From assembly GCA_018995085.1 (NCBI GenBank), contig GCA_018995085.1_3936.1: 64,000 bases of DNA. One strand, 5' to 3'. The DNA is from a phage. Shown here piece after piece: positions 17,881 to 27,102 of the stretch. A model generated the notes under the pieces. It did not search any database. It saw only the letters and a list, made by a program, of their open reading frames with translations, and was not told the origin of the DNA. The translations under genes and the position numbers were made by a program. Position 1 is the first letter of the stretch. The number at the start of each line of letters is the position of its first letter.

Positions 17881-18017
17881 TTAGCAGATTACTTAGACGA
17901 CCTTAGCGGGTCTTCCTGTAGGGAGGTGGTCTGTATCTCATGTTTTCCAGAACATGTAAATAATCTGAGAAGGGGCTTTACAGTGTTGAGATAATACGGT
18001 AAGCTTCGAATTATAGT

Positions 18018-18100
18018 ATGGGACGATGTTAAGACTCTAAGGCATGAGCAACGGCTTCCAACACCGTTTCAAAGGGGTTCAACTCCTCCGTCCCATGCCA
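18018..18100 (+). tRNA. tRNA-like gene, probable Trp (anticodon CCA) with enlarged D region
   Basis: acceptor ATGGGAC/GTCCCAT perfect, loop TTCCAAC, 83 nt. Confidence 0.45.
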
Positions 18101-18113
18101 AAGTCTTATTAGG

Positions 18114-18203
18114 GGTAGGTAGCGGCTAATGGTAGCCAAACTGTCTTGAAAACAGTTGCCACTGTAGAGATACGGTGAGGGTTCGACTCCTTTACTTACC
18201 GCC
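18114..18203 (+). tRNA. tRNA-Ser (anticodon UGA), type II
   Basis: anticodon stem ACTGT/ACAGT, loop CTTGAAA, 20-nt variable arm. Confidence 0.7.
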
Positions 18204-18459
18204 TAATAAGATTTACTCCGTCCATGCTTGTTCGCATTGTCGGTTTATCCCTCGTGTATTGTCGTACACACTGATAAAACACCTAGTAGGTGTCACGGAG
18301 AAGAGATAATATCAAGCTCTCTAAAGGTTCTAGTCACCGGATTAAACAAGACTATGCAAAGACCTTTTTAGGTCTTTTTAGAGGGCTTCTAAGGTTATTA
18401 GTCGCTTGTTGTGGAACCTTGTTGCTTAGGTTCTTAGAAGTTCTCTAAAAAGATTTAAT

Positions 18460-18538
18460 GGGAGATTGACGGCAACTTGGTAGACCTATCTCGCTTAGAA
18501 CGAGATGCTTGAGGGTTCGAATCCCTTGTCTCCTACCA
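18460..18538 (+). tRNA. tRNA with UAG anticodon loop (Leu-type anticodon) but short variable arm
   Basis: anticodon stem TCTCG/CGAGA, loop CTTAGAA, D-loop AACTTGGTAG, 4-nt variable region. Confidence 0.5.
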
Positions 18539-18545
18539 AATTAAT

Positions 18546-18621
18546 GCAGGTGTAGCAAAATGGTTATGCGGCTGACTCTTAATCAGTAAGACGATGGGTT
18601 CAATTCCCTCCACCTGTACCA
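18546..18621 (+). tRNA. tRNA-Lys (anticodon CUU)
   Basis: loop CTCTTAA; T-arm region similar to the UUU copy. Confidence 0.55.
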
Positions 18622-18627
18622 AACAAT

Positions 18628-18703
18628 GGGGTCATAGTTTATATGGTTAAAATTCGAGTTTTGCAAACTTGGGAACTGAGTTCAATTCTCAGTGACTCCA
18701 CCA
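18628..18703 (+). tRNA. tRNA-Ala (anticodon UGC)
   Basis: loop TTTGCAA; G3:U70 wobble pair in acceptor stem; T-arm CTGAGTTCAATTCTCAG. Confidence 0.7.
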
Positions 18704-18709
18704 ATTAGT

Positions 18710-18784
18710 GCATCCATAGTTTAAACGGGAAAATTACAGTCTTCCAAACTGAGGTTGAGGGTTCGATTCCCTCTGGATGCTCCA
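18710..18784 (+). tRNA. tRNA-Gly (anticodon UCC)
   Basis: acceptor GCATCCA/TGGATGC perfect, loop CTTCCAA. Confidence 0.7.
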
Positions 18785-18791
18785 AATTAAT

Positions 18792-18867
18792 GCTCCTATC
18801 GTATAATTGGTTATTACGGTTGCCTTGTAAGCAACTTATCAGGGTTCGAGTCCTTGTGGGAGCACCA
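18792..18867 (+). tRNA. tRNA-Thr (anticodon UGU)
   Basis: anticodon stem GTTGC/GCAAC, loop CTTGTAA. Confidence 0.7.
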
Positions 18868-18963
18868 ATTCAGAGGTCAAGTGAAAGACCGCTTTGAGTC
18901 AACTGAAGACCGTAACAAATTCCACGGAGTTGAGTTAGCGGCACAACTCCAGACCTCTTTCAT

Positions 18964-19038
18964 ACTCGCTTAGTTTATATGGTAAAACATCACCCTTACA
19001 AGATGAAGAAAAAGGTTCAAGTCCTTTAGTGAGTACCA
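18964..19038 (+). tRNA. tRNA-Val (anticodon UAC)
   Basis: loop CTTACAA, T-arm AAAGGTTCAAGTCCTTT. Confidence 0.6.
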
Positions 19039-19039
19039 T

Positions 19040-19117
19040 GTTCCAGTATCCCAATTGGCAGAGGATGCAAGCTCAAACCTTGTATTAGTGACGGTTCGAA
19101 TCCGTCTTGGAACACCA
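19040..19117 (+). tRNA. tRNA with CAA anticodon loop (Leu-type anticodon) but short variable arm
   Basis: acceptor GTTCCAG/TTGGAAC, loop CTCAAAC, 6-nt variable region. Confidence 0.5.
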
Positions 19118-19122
19118 ATTTT

Positions 19123-19198
19123 GCAGGATTAGTTCAAATGGAAAGAGCAACAGTCTACGAAGCTGTTAATAGGGGTTCGAATCCCTTATCCTGCGCCA
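19123..19198 (+). tRNA. tRNA-Arg (anticodon ACG)
   Basis: acceptor GCAGGAT/ATCCTGC perfect, loop CTACGAA. Confidence 0.65.
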
Positions 19199-19215
19199 GA
19201 TAAAAAGGTGATACT

Positions 19216-19458
19216 ATGCAAACATTAACAGTAGTTGAACATGAAAACTGTGAGAGTATTGAGTTTGTCAGGGTCATTGGTGTTGAACACCACATTTTCT
19301 TAAAAGTTGGATACTTATGTGACCCCGCTAGAGTAGAAAGATTTATACGTGATTGTTTTGGTGGTAGACATCTGAAGAGTGTTATTTTTGAGACAGTTTT
19401 ACCAGAAGGTTTAGAAACGAATAATAACATTTACCTCCTTACGAGGATTAGACAATGA
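19216..19458 (+). CDS. hypothetical small protein embedded in tRNA array
   Basis: ORF track; SD-like AAAGGTGA upstream. Confidence 0.45.
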   Translation: MQTLTVVEHENCESIEFVRVIGVEHHIFLKVGYLCDPARVERFIRDCFGGRHLKSVIFETVLPEGLETNNNIYLLTRIRQ

Positions 19459-20012
19459 GATACTTAAAGTATGCTTCATGGATTTTCTTAGCTTTGTTAG
19501 AGCTATTTGCAGCAATCTTAGCAGTTATCTTAGCACCTTTCGTAGTTCCATTCTACAGTGAGAAGAAAGGACATCTACCTTTCGGGTTCAGATGGATGGA
19601 AACTTATGACAACCCAATTGATGGTGATGAAGGTCACGTTAAAAGATGGGCTAATATTAGATGGATTGGTAAACTAGGTGTCTACATGCAAAGAGTCGGA
19701 TGGCTCTGGAGAAACAAAGCTTATAACTTCTCTTACCATGTATTAGGGAGAGATGTAAAAGATGTTACTAAGTGGAAAGGTAATATCAACGTAAGTTCTG
19801 ACCCTGAAGATAATCAGACAGGTTATCTCCTAATGTGGAACAGTAATGCTTGGGGATTATTCGCTTTTATCCCATCAATTAAAATCTTTGGTAAACAATT
19901 TTACTGGAGAATTTATATTGGATGGAAACTAAAAAGTGTTGTCCCAGAAGAAAGAGCATTCTCAAGGGAAAGAGTTATGTTGGCATTCTTTATTCATCCA
20001 CTGAGAAAGTAA
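19455..20012 (+). CDS. putative membrane protein embedded in tRNA array
   Basis: N-terminal hydrophobic helix (WIFLALLELFAAILAVILAPFVVPF). Confidence 0.5.
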   Translation: MRYLKYASWIFLALLELFAAILAVILAPFVVPFYSEKKGHLPFGFRWMETYDNPIDGDEGHVKRWANIRWIGKLGVYMQRVGWLWRNKAYNFSYHVLGRDVKDVTKWKGNINVSSDPEDNQTGYLLMWNSNAWGLFAFIPSIKIFGKQFYWRIYIGWKLKSVVPEERAFSRERVMLAFFIHPLRK

Positions 20013-20030
20013 AGATTTAAAGGGGATTAG

Positions 20031-20106
20031 TTTACAAGGTTAAAACCTCGGTCTTTGAAATCGAAGAAGTTGGTTCAATTCCAACATCCCCCGCCAATGC
20101 TCCATT
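20031..20106 (+). tRNA. tRNA-Gln (anticodon UUG)
   Basis: loop CTTTGAA, T-arm GTTGGTTCAATTCCAAC, unpaired 1:72. Confidence 0.6.
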
Positions 20107-20108
20107 AC

Positions 20109-20187
20109 TCCAATTGGCAGAGAGGCCAGACTTAAAATCTGTGTTATGTATCGGTTCGAATCCGATATGGAGTACCAAATTTAGCGG
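20109..20187 (+). tRNA. tRNA with UAA anticodon loop (Leu-type anticodon) but short variable arm
   Basis: loop CTTAAAA, T-arm ATCGGTTCGAATCCGAT, 7-nt variable region. Confidence 0.5.
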
Positions 20188-20192
20188 TATAG

Positions 20193-20268
20193 CATAACTG
20201 GCAATGCAGCAGTCTCTGAAGCTGTCTTATTAAGGTTCAAATCCTTATGCCGCTGCCACTTCTAAGGA
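20193..20268 (+). tRNA. tRNA-Gln (anticodon CUG)
   Basis: loop CTCTGAA, D-stem GCAT/ATGC. Confidence 0.55.
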
Positions 20269-20289
20269 TTCTTACGAGAGTCCTTAAAT

Positions 20290-20365
20290 GTGGCCTTATC
20301 ATAAATGGTAATGACCCATGCTGTGAACATGGTCTATACGGGTTCAAATCCCGTAGGTCACCCCA
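20290..20365 (+). tRNA. tRNA-His (anticodon GUG)
   Basis: anticodon stem CCATG/CATGG, loop CTGTGAA, discriminator C. Confidence 0.65.
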
Positions 20366-20370
20366 ATTTA

Positions 20371-20445
20371 TAGTCCAAGTAGCTTATATGGTTAAAGCGC
20401 GTGTCTGAAAAACATGAGAAGAGGGTTCAAATCCCACTGGACTAC
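20371..20445 (+). tRNA. tRNA-Phe (anticodon GAA)
   Basis: acceptor TAGTCCA/TGGACTA perfect, loop CTGAAAA. Confidence 0.65.
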
Positions 20446-20463
20446 CAATTTCAAAGGTGCTTA

Positions 20464-21198
20464 ATGAAAGAGATGACAGAACAAGGTAAGGAGATTTTTA
20501 ATCTCTTAAAAACTGGTAAAGGGTTTTCTAACCCCCTTATTACTGGTGCAGCAGTTCTCGGTGGAACCGTAGCTGCCTCCACATCACTTGTAAGCTCTAT
20601 TAGTTCTGTATCAGACCCTACAGTAAAAGATAAGCTTGTTGCTGCTGGACTTACAACAGTTCTGCTTAACAGCTTTACCACGAGTCTGACAAGCACTACA
20701 TCAACTACCAAAACACTGACAGATTACGGTCAAAAGTCCATTGATGAGTTTTCATCACGTATGCAGGTAGCAAAAGGTTATTCTAATGTTATGGGTGCAG
20801 CAGGTGAACAAGTTGGCTGTACACCATTTAGTGGTATTATGGGTGTTGCTACAGAGTATGGTCAAAAAGCTATTGATACGATTAACAGTGCACTAGACGG
20901 TGTTAATGATGTATTAAGTGATTTACAAGACGCTATTGACAAAGGTCTTGATACTATTTCTGATTTAGCTAACCAAGCTGTTAGTAAGATTAATGAAGGT
21001 ATCTCGAAGATTACAGCTTATGCAGATGAAGTTGTGCAGATGATTGAAGAAGAAGCTGCCCTTATTGCAGAGTACCTTAAAACGAATATCAATGGGTTCT
21101 TAGCAGGTATCTTACCAGACTGGTTTGATGATGCTTGTAAAACTGGTGTAATTGACACTATTGCAACACCAGAAATGAAGAACGCATTACAGAAATAA
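20464..21198 (+). CDS. hypothetical Ser/Thr-rich protein
   Basis: ORF with internal ATG at 20464; the track start at 20401 lies inside tRNA-Phe. Confidence 0.55.
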   Translation: MKEMTEQGKEIFNLLKTGKGFSNPLITGAAVLGGTVAASTSLVSSISSVSDPTVKDKLVAAGLTTVLLNSFTTSLTSTTSTTKTLTDYGQKSIDEFSSRMQVAKGYSNVMGAAGEQVGCTPFSGIMGVATEYGQKAIDTINSALDGVNDVLSDLQDAIDKGLDTISDLANQAVSKINEGISKITAYADEVVQMIEEEAALIAEYLKTNINGFLAGILPDWFDDACKTGVIDTIATPEMKNALQK

Positions 21199-21199
21199 T

Positions 21200-21292
21200 G
21201 GAAGATTAACCCTAAAAGGTAAGGGAGCAGTTTGCTAAACTGCCAGTAGCTGAGAAATCGGTGTACCAGTTCAAGTCTGGTATCTTCCTCCA
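21200..21292 (+). tRNA. tRNA-Ser (anticodon GCU), type II
   Basis: acceptor GGAAGAT/ATCTTCC perfect, loop TTGCTAA, long variable arm. Confidence 0.7.
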
Positions 21293-21296
21293 ATTT

Positions 21297-21372
21297 GAAT
21301 CCGTGACAGAAATGGCTATGTGCCTGTCTGCAAAACAGGTTTATAAGGGTTCGAGTCCCTTCGGATTCTCCA
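21297..21372 (+). tRNA. tRNA-Cys (anticodon GCA)
   Basis: acceptor GAATCCG/CGGATTC perfect, anticodon stem CCTGT/ACAGG, loop CTGCAAA. Confidence 0.7.
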
Positions 21373-21409
21373 AGTTATTTTACTCTCTCTCAATTAAAAT
21401 AATAATAAT

Positions 21410-21469
21410 GCCCTGCTATCAGTATTCTTCCTTTCGCTACCGAAGAGTATTTTTAGACAGGGCTTTTTT
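21410..21469 (+). terminator. long hairpin terminator (GCCCTG..CAGGGC + TTTTTT)
   Basis: stem with nested inner stem followed by T6, at the end of the tRNA array. Confidence 0.55.
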
Positions 21470-21534
21470 ACAGAGTTATACTTTATAAGAAGCCTTATAC
21501 AGTATGTCTCTGACGTACATTGTGGTTTCTCCTT

Positions 21535-21558
21535 GACGGTCTCTGTACCGTCTTTTTT
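21535..21558 (+). terminator. Rho-independent terminator (GACGGT-ctctgt-ACCGTC + TTTTTT)
   Basis: perfect 6-bp stem plus T6. Confidence 0.65.
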
Positions 21559-21594
21559 AAGGGGAAACATGATTAACTATTTGGAGAAAACATA

Positions 21595-21795
21595 ATGAGC
21601 GAGACCGTTTATAAAGAACTTTATGAAGCTAATAAGAAGCTAGAATTTATGCAGAATACTATCATGGCAATTGCAGACAGATTGTCTGTAGCAACAGGTA
21701 TTGATATTAAAGAAGCATCTATGGATGCACTTCTTGATGCTGTTGATGCAAAGTTCGAAGTTAAGAAAGAAGAGACTGCTACAGACTCTGAATAA
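21595..21795 (+). CDS. hypothetical small acidic protein upstream of terminase
   Basis: ORF track; 66 aa, too small for confident small-terminase call. Confidence 0.45.
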   Translation: MSETVYKELYEANKKLEFMQNTIMAIADRLSVATGIDIKEASMDALLDAVDAKFEVKKEETATDSE

Positions 21796-21801
21796 TTCTA
21801 T

Positions 21802-23418
21802 TTGCGGAGGCGCTTAATGGACTTAAATGCTGTTAAGCAGAAGCGAGTGGAAGATGTTAGGAAAGTCCTAGCTGGAGAGTTGGGGCTTTCTGATGAAGTA
21901 AAAGAAATTATTAAATCATTCGGTAAAGACCCCTCTAAATTCCTTCCAACTCAAATTCTGACTTTATTAAGATACACACCAGACCAAGTTCGCCTTATCT
22001 TTAAATTGATGACTGATAAGAATTATGTAGCCCCTCAGCCGGGTTCTCAAGAGGTCTTTTTAAATACTAATGCTGACTTGGTTCTTTATGGTGGTGCTGC
22101 TGGTGCTGGTAAAACTGCTGCATTGTTAATGGACTCTCTAAGATTTATTGAAGACCCTAACTATAATGCTGTATATTTCCGTCGAAATACAACACAGCTA
22201 CAAGGTGGTTTATGGCCTGCTGCAAAGAAACTATTTGGTAAGTTTGGTGGGATTCCTCACGAGCAGAAAATGACTATCACATTCCCTTCTGGGGCAACTA
22301 TCAAGTTTACCTACCTAGAACTTGAAAAGCACGCTGAAGGTCATCAGGGTATTGAGTATTCAGCCATTTACTTTGACGAAGGTACACACTTCTCTGCTTC
22401 ACAGATTTCATACCTACAAACTCGTCTACGTTCTGGGGCTGAAGGTGATTCATACATGAAGATTTCTATGAACCCAGACAGAGACCACTTTATTTACGAT
22501 TGGGTAGAGCCATTCTTAGATGAAGAAGGTTACCCAGACCCTGAAAAGTGTGGTCGTATTCGTTGGTATGTAATGAATGATGGTGTTATGGTTTCTGATT
22601 GGGAGAGAGACAAGATTCTTGAAATGTTTCCTCTTGAGATTCCTCAAACATATACATTCATCTCTGGTACGATTGATGATAACCCAATTCTTGACTTCTT
22701 AGAACCAAAATACCGTGGTAAGTTGGAAAACAACACCCCTGTAAACGTTGCAAGACTTCGTTTCGGTAACTGGAAGGCTCGTGCAGAAGGTTCAAACTAT
22801 TGGCAAAGACAATGGTGTGAAATTGTTGATTCACTCCCAGAAGATGTATTTGATGTTAGAGCATGGGACTTAGCAGCAACTTTACCATCGGAGATTAACC
22901 CTAATCCAGACTGGACAGCAGGTGTTAAGATGGGTAAATCTAAAAAAGACGGTTGCTATTATATCATTGATGTAGTAAGATTTAGAGATAGACCCTCTGG
23001 AGTCGAAACACAAATTAATTTGACTGCTGAAAGTGACGGTAAGCGAACTGGTATTTTTATCCCTCAAGACCCAGGCGCTGCTGGTAAATCCTACGCAACA
23101 TCCCTCATCAGGAAACTTGCCGAGAAAGGTTATCGAGCAAGAGCCAAACCAACAAATAAAGATAAAGTTACCCGCTTTGCGGGATTTTCTGCTGCTTCTG
23201 AAGCTGGACTTGTAAAAGTCTTGAGAGGTAGTTGGAATGAAGCTTACTTTCAAGAGCTTGAAGGCTTTTGTGGCGATGGTAAAACTAAAGATGACCAAGT
23301 GGATGCTACCAGTGATGCTTTCAACAGTCTTAACGAAGTTAAATTATTCAAGCCACCATCAATGGGTGCTCACACAGATTTAGTGAGAGGAAACCCATAT
23401 GAGGGGCTTAGACGTTGA
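21802..23418 (+). CDS. terminase large subunit
   Basis: Walker A VLYGGAAGAGKTAAL; size 538 aa; position ahead of portal; likely true start is ATG at 21817 after GGAGG. Confidence 0.85.
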   Translation: MRRRLMDLNAVKQKRVEDVRKVLAGELGLSDEVKEIIKSFGKDPSKFLPTQILTLLRYTPDQVRLIFKLMTDKNYVAPQPGSQEVFLNTNADLVLYGGAAGAGKTAALLMDSLRFIEDPNYNAVYFRRNTTQLQGGLWPAAKKLFGKFGGIPHEQKMTITFPSGATIKFTYLELEKHAEGHQGIEYSAIYFDEGTHFSASQISYLQTRLRSGAEGDSYMKISMNPDRDHFIYDWVEPFLDEEGYPDPEKCGRIRWYVMNDGVMVSDWERDKILEMFPLEIPQTYTFISGTIDDNPILDFLEPKYRGKLENNTPVNVARLRFGNWKARAEGSNYWQRQWCEIVDSLPEDVFDVRAWDLAATLPSEINPNPDWTAGVKMGKSKKDGCYYIIDVVRFRDRPSGVETQINLTAESDGKRTGIFIPQDPGAAGKSYATSLIRKLAEKGYRARAKPTNKDKVTRFAGFSAASEAGLVKVLRGSWNEAYFQELEGFCGDGKTKDDQVDATSDAFNSLNEVKLFKPPSMGAHTDLVRGNPYEGLRR

Positions 23419-23425
23419 TAGCTAG

Positions 23426-24901
23426 GTGAGAAGAATGGCAGATATTACAGAAACACAAGAAAGCTTACCACCATTTAGAATGGGTGAAGTAGGTTCTTTG
23501 GGTCTGAAGGTTAAGAATGGAAGAATCTATGAAGAACCTCGTCAGGCACTAAGGTTCCCTGAAAGTATTAAAACTTTCCAATTAATGATGCGTGACCCTG
23601 CTGTAGCAGCATCTGTAAATATTATTAAGATGTTTGTCAGAAAAGTCAACTGGAGATTCGTACCTCCAAAGGGAAAAGAGCAAGACCCTAAAATGCTTGA
23701 AAGAGCAGACTTCTTTAATTCTTTAATGGATGACATGGAGCATGATTGGGCAGATTTTATTAATTCTGTAATGTCATTCTGCACTTATGGGTTCTGTGTT
23801 AATGAAAAGGTTTATAAGAAACGTCAGGGTAAGAAAGGAAAGTACCAGTCTAAATTTGATGATGGTCTAATTGGATGGGCTAAATTACCAATCAGAAACC
23901 AATCAACACTTGATAAGTGGTATTTTGACGAAGACTTTAGAAAAGTTACAGGTGTTAGACAGAATCTGAGAAATGTTTCACATATTGCTGGAGCAATTAA
24001 TCTCGGAGAAAAACCACTGACAAGAAAACTTCCACGAGCTAAATTCATGCTGTTTAAGTATGACGATGAATATGGAAATCCAGAAGGTCGTTCACCATTA
24101 CTTAATGCTTATGTACCGTGGAAGTATAAAGTACAGATTGAAGAGTATGAAGCTGTTGGTGTTTCAAGAGACTTGGTAGGTATGCCAAAGATTGGTTTAC
24201 CACCAGATTATCTGGATGAAAATGCAGAACCTGAAAAGAAAGCTTTCGTACAATACTGCAAAACTGTTGTCAACGATATGATTGCTAATGACAGAGCAGG
24301 TTTAATCTGGCCTAGATATATCGACCCAGATACTAAAGAGGATATTTTCGAGTTCTCATTAGTTTCTAGACAGGGTGCTAAAGCATACGATACAGGTTCT
24401 ATTATTGACAGATACTCCAAGCAGATTATGATGGCATTTATGTCAGATGTTCTTGCTATGGGTCAGTCAAAATACGGTTCATTCTCTCTTGCAGACTCTA
24501 AGACAAGCTTATTAGCGATGTCAGTAGATATTCTGCTGAAGCAAATTAAGAACGTAATTAACCGTGACTTAGTTGCACAGACTTATGCTCTTAATATGTG
24601 GGATGATGAAGAACATGTACAAATCACATATGATGATATCGAAACTCCAGACCTTGAAGCAATTGGTTCTTATATTCAGAAGACTGTTGCAGTAGGTGCT
24701 TTGGAAGTTGACAAAGAGCTATCTAACAAGCTTAGAGAGCATATTGGTCTTCCTCCTGCTGATGAGTCTCAGCCAGTATCTGAAAAGCTTTCTCCAAATA
24801 GCCAAAGCCGTTCAGGAGATGGTTATAAGACCGCTGGAGAAGGTACTGCAAAGACACCTTCAGCGAAAGACCCAAGCACAGCAAATAAGGCAAATAAATA
24901 A
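23426..24901 (+). CDS. portal protein
   Basis: 491 aa directly downstream of large terminase; start codon uncertain (ATG at 23435). Confidence 0.65.
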   Translation: MRRMADITETQESLPPFRMGEVGSLGLKVKNGRIYEEPRQALRFPESIKTFQLMMRDPAVAASVNIIKMFVRKVNWRFVPPKGKEQDPKMLERADFFNSLMDDMEHDWADFINSVMSFCTYGFCVNEKVYKKRQGKKGKYQSKFDDGLIGWAKLPIRNQSTLDKWYFDEDFRKVTGVRQNLRNVSHIAGAINLGEKPLTRKLPRAKFMLFKYDDEYGNPEGRSPLLNAYVPWKYKVQIEEYEAVGVSRDLVGMPKIGLPPDYLDENAEPEKKAFVQYCKTVVNDMIANDRAGLIWPRYIDPDTKEDIFEFSLVSRQGAKAYDTGSIIDRYSKQIMMAFMSDVLAMGQSKYGSFSLADSKTSLLAMSVDILLKQIKNVINRDLVAQTYALNMWDDEEHVQITYDDIETPDLEAIGSYIQKTVAVGALEVDKELSNKLREHIGLPPADESQPVSEKLSPNSQSRSGDGYKTAGEGTAKTPSAKDPSTANKANK

Positions 24902-25401
24902 TGGCTGAAGTTATCTCTATTTCAAATGCTACACGAGTGCATTCGTATAGGGGTGTTCTTATTATCACTGACAAATTATCTGTAGAGGCTGGCTCAAGGG
25001 TCAGCCTTTCAGGTTACGTAAGTGACGGTGGAACCTCTGACGTTTTCACTATTTGTAGGTTACTTGATGCTCCAATGAGTGGAAAACCGTTTATTTCAGG
25101 AAATTGTAGTGAAATTGTTAAAATTCCATTTGACAGTTCATGCCTTTTGGGTGTAAAGTTATATAACTGCGAGAATAAACGTATCAGTGTTAATAGCATT
25201 GAAGCCGCTTTCATTACCCTCGACACTGCATTTCAATCTCCAATGACAGTTAATAAAGAAACAAACAGACTTGAATACATTTTTTCACAAAATGATTACA
25301 AAGTACTTGTCAAAGGCAAAGTATATGATATGATTGTAAATGTGGTAGATGAATCTGGTAACCATTCAACAGTCCTTAAACAAAAAGTAAGGTTTAATTA
25401 A
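24901..25401 (+). CDS. hypothetical head-module protein
   Basis: ORF track; coupled start/stop. Confidence 0.5.
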   Translation: MAEVISISNATRVHSYRGVLIITDKLSVEAGSRVSLSGYVSDGGTSDVFTICRLLDAPMSGKPFISGNCSEIVKIPFDSSCLLGVKLYNCENKRISVNSIEAAFITLDTAFQSPMTVNKETNRLEYIFSQNDYKVLVKGKVYDMIVNVVDESGNHSTVLKQKVRFN

Positions 25402-25733
25402 TGGGAACATTAACTATTGATGGTAAGAACAAAATCCTCGCCACGCTAACCCCAACGACTATTATTTTACACAATGTAGACCCAACGGCAGACCCTACAG
25501 CAAATAAGGTTACTCAGCCAGTGGCTATTTATTTTTCTGAACCGGATAATGGCTTAATTGCCTCAGAAGACACAGTTAACATTACTGTCCCAGCTTCTGC
25601 AACGGTCTCACACTATAGCTTGTGGGATGCTAACGATAAATGCGTGGCAACTGGTGCTCTTAGCAAACCTCAATTCTTTGCTGAAGAAGGTATCTATGTT
25701 ATCTCTTCAGTCTCTGTAGATTTAAACAAATAG
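25401..25733 (+). CDS. hypothetical head-module protein
   Basis: ORF track. Confidence 0.5.
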   Translation: MGTLTIDGKNKILATLTPTTIILHNVDPTADPTANKVTQPVAIYFSEPDNGLIASEDTVNITVPASATVSHYSLWDANDKCVATGALSKPQFFAEEGIYVISSVSVDLNK

Positions 25734-25744
25734 GGTGAGTAAAA

Positions 25745-27091
25745 ATGAGTTCGAATATCTTCAGACTTGCTGATAGATTATTCAACCAACCTTTACTAGC
25801 CACTGAATCATTAGCTCACTCAGCAGCAACTTATGTGAATAACAGATTGCTGGGTGATGTCCAAGCAGCAGTAAACTTTGATAAACCCAAAGGTGACGCA
25901 AGAAGTCTTTTAAAAGTAAAAGATGACATTGCTATTATCCCTATTATGGGTGGCTTAACCCATCGTATGACATTCATTGATGCAATGTGTACAGGTGGAT
26001 TAAGCTCTTATGAGGGTTTACGTAGAGGCTTTGACGAAGCTTTAGCAGATGAGTCAATTAAGACTATTGTTCTGCATATTGATTCTGGTGGTGGTGAAGC
26101 TTCAGGTTGCTTTGAATTAGCACGTCACATCATGGCTTCAAGAGGCCAAAAGAAAATTATTGCTTATGTAGATGAGTTCGCTTGTTCCGCTGCATATGCT
26201 CTTGCATCTTCTGCTGAAGAAATTATTGCATCACCAGATGCAGATGTTGGTTCTATTGGTGTAATCATGGTTCATCAGGAATTAACTAAGGCATTTGAAA
26301 AGAATGGCGTAACAATTAACGTCATCAAAGCTGGTGAGTTTAAAGGTATGGGTTCACCATTCCAAGCACTTTCAGAAGAAAGCAAAGAAAGACTTCAAAA
26401 GAGAATTAATGATACCTACGCAACCTTTACAGGTTTTGTAGCTGAAGCTCGTAATATCTCTGAAGAAGCTGTAAAGAATACTGAGGCGAATGTTTATTCT
26501 GCTCAGGAAGCTCTTGAACTTGGTTTAATTAACTCAATCATGTCTCAAGATGATTTCTTAAATTACTTACAAGGTTCTGAAGAGGCTCCTGTAAGTTTAA
26601 ACGTTAACAATTCAGGTGAAGAAATGACTGAACAAGAAAAGCAAGAACTAGAAGCTTTGCGTCTTCAGGTTGCTCAAATGAAAGCTAAAGAACAGGAAGC
26701 TGCTTTGTCAGATTTGACTAATAAGATTTCTGCTTCTGCTGAAGCTTTTGGATTTGATGCAAAAGAAGCTGCAACGACTATTTTAGGTGCTGGTCTTGAT
26801 AACCCTCTAAGTGTTCTGTTTATGAATGCTATGGAAGGTGCTAACCAGAAACTTAATGAAACTATCGCGTCCCATGCTTCTGCAATGGAAGAAAAAGAAT
26901 CAGAAATTACCAAGCTGAAAGAAACTGCTGGTGCTGTTCTTGAACATTCTAACGCTATGGAAGAAGTGGGTAATGACGGCGAAGCTGATTTGGTTGAAGA
27001 AGAAAAAGAACCAGCTAAGAATGCTTCCGAAGACACCGCTGAACAACGCAAACTGGCTCTCCAGAATGCTCTAAAATCTCTTATCAAATAA
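25745..27091 (+). CDS. prohead protease (S49/ClpP-like) with C-terminal acidic scaffold-like domain
   Basis: S49-type serine peptidase region (IVLHIDSGGGE, AYVDEFACSAAYALAS); C-terminal coiled-coil/acidic 150 aa. Confidence 0.75.
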   Translation: MSSNIFRLADRLFNQPLLATESLAHSAATYVNNRLLGDVQAAVNFDKPKGDARSLLKVKDDIAIIPIMGGLTHRMTFIDAMCTGGLSSYEGLRRGFDEALADESIKTIVLHIDSGGGEASGCFELARHIMASRGQKKIIAYVDEFACSAAYALASSAEEIIASPDADVGSIGVIMVHQELTKAFEKNGVTINVIKAGEFKGMGSPFQALSEESKERLQKRINDTYATFTGFVAEARNISEEAVKNTEANVYSAQEALELGLINSIMSQDDFLNYLQGSEEAPVSLNVNNSGEEMTEQEKQELEALRLQVAQMKAKEQEAALSDLTNKISASAEAFGFDAKEAATTILGAGLDNPLSVLFMNAMEGANQKLNETIASHASAMEEKESEITKLKETAGAVLEHSNAMEEVGNDGEADLVEEEKEPAKNASEDTAEQRKLALQNALKSLIK

Positions 27092-27102
27092 GGAACACAA
27101 TA

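Larger units (their letters stand above)
15796..21372 (+). other. tRNA gene array (about 27 tRNA-like genes plus interspersed ORFs and repeat elements)
   Basis: serial T-arm motifs (GGTTCGAATCC variants) with matching 7-bp acceptor stems. Confidence 0.85.

Noticed and set aside
20401-20463. Upstream extension of the 20401..21198 ORF
   Set aside because: The extension lies inside tRNA-Phe (20371-20445); the internal ATG at 20464 is the plausible start.
15796-21372. tRNA cluster as a prophage integration site or genomic island boundary
   Set aside because: No integrase, recombinase or att-like duplication nearby; the array is an internal phage tRNA cluster flanked by phage genes on both sides.
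22882-23298. 138-aa minus-strand ORF within the large terminase gene
   Set aside because: Antisense to a gene with a clear Walker A motif; no signals.
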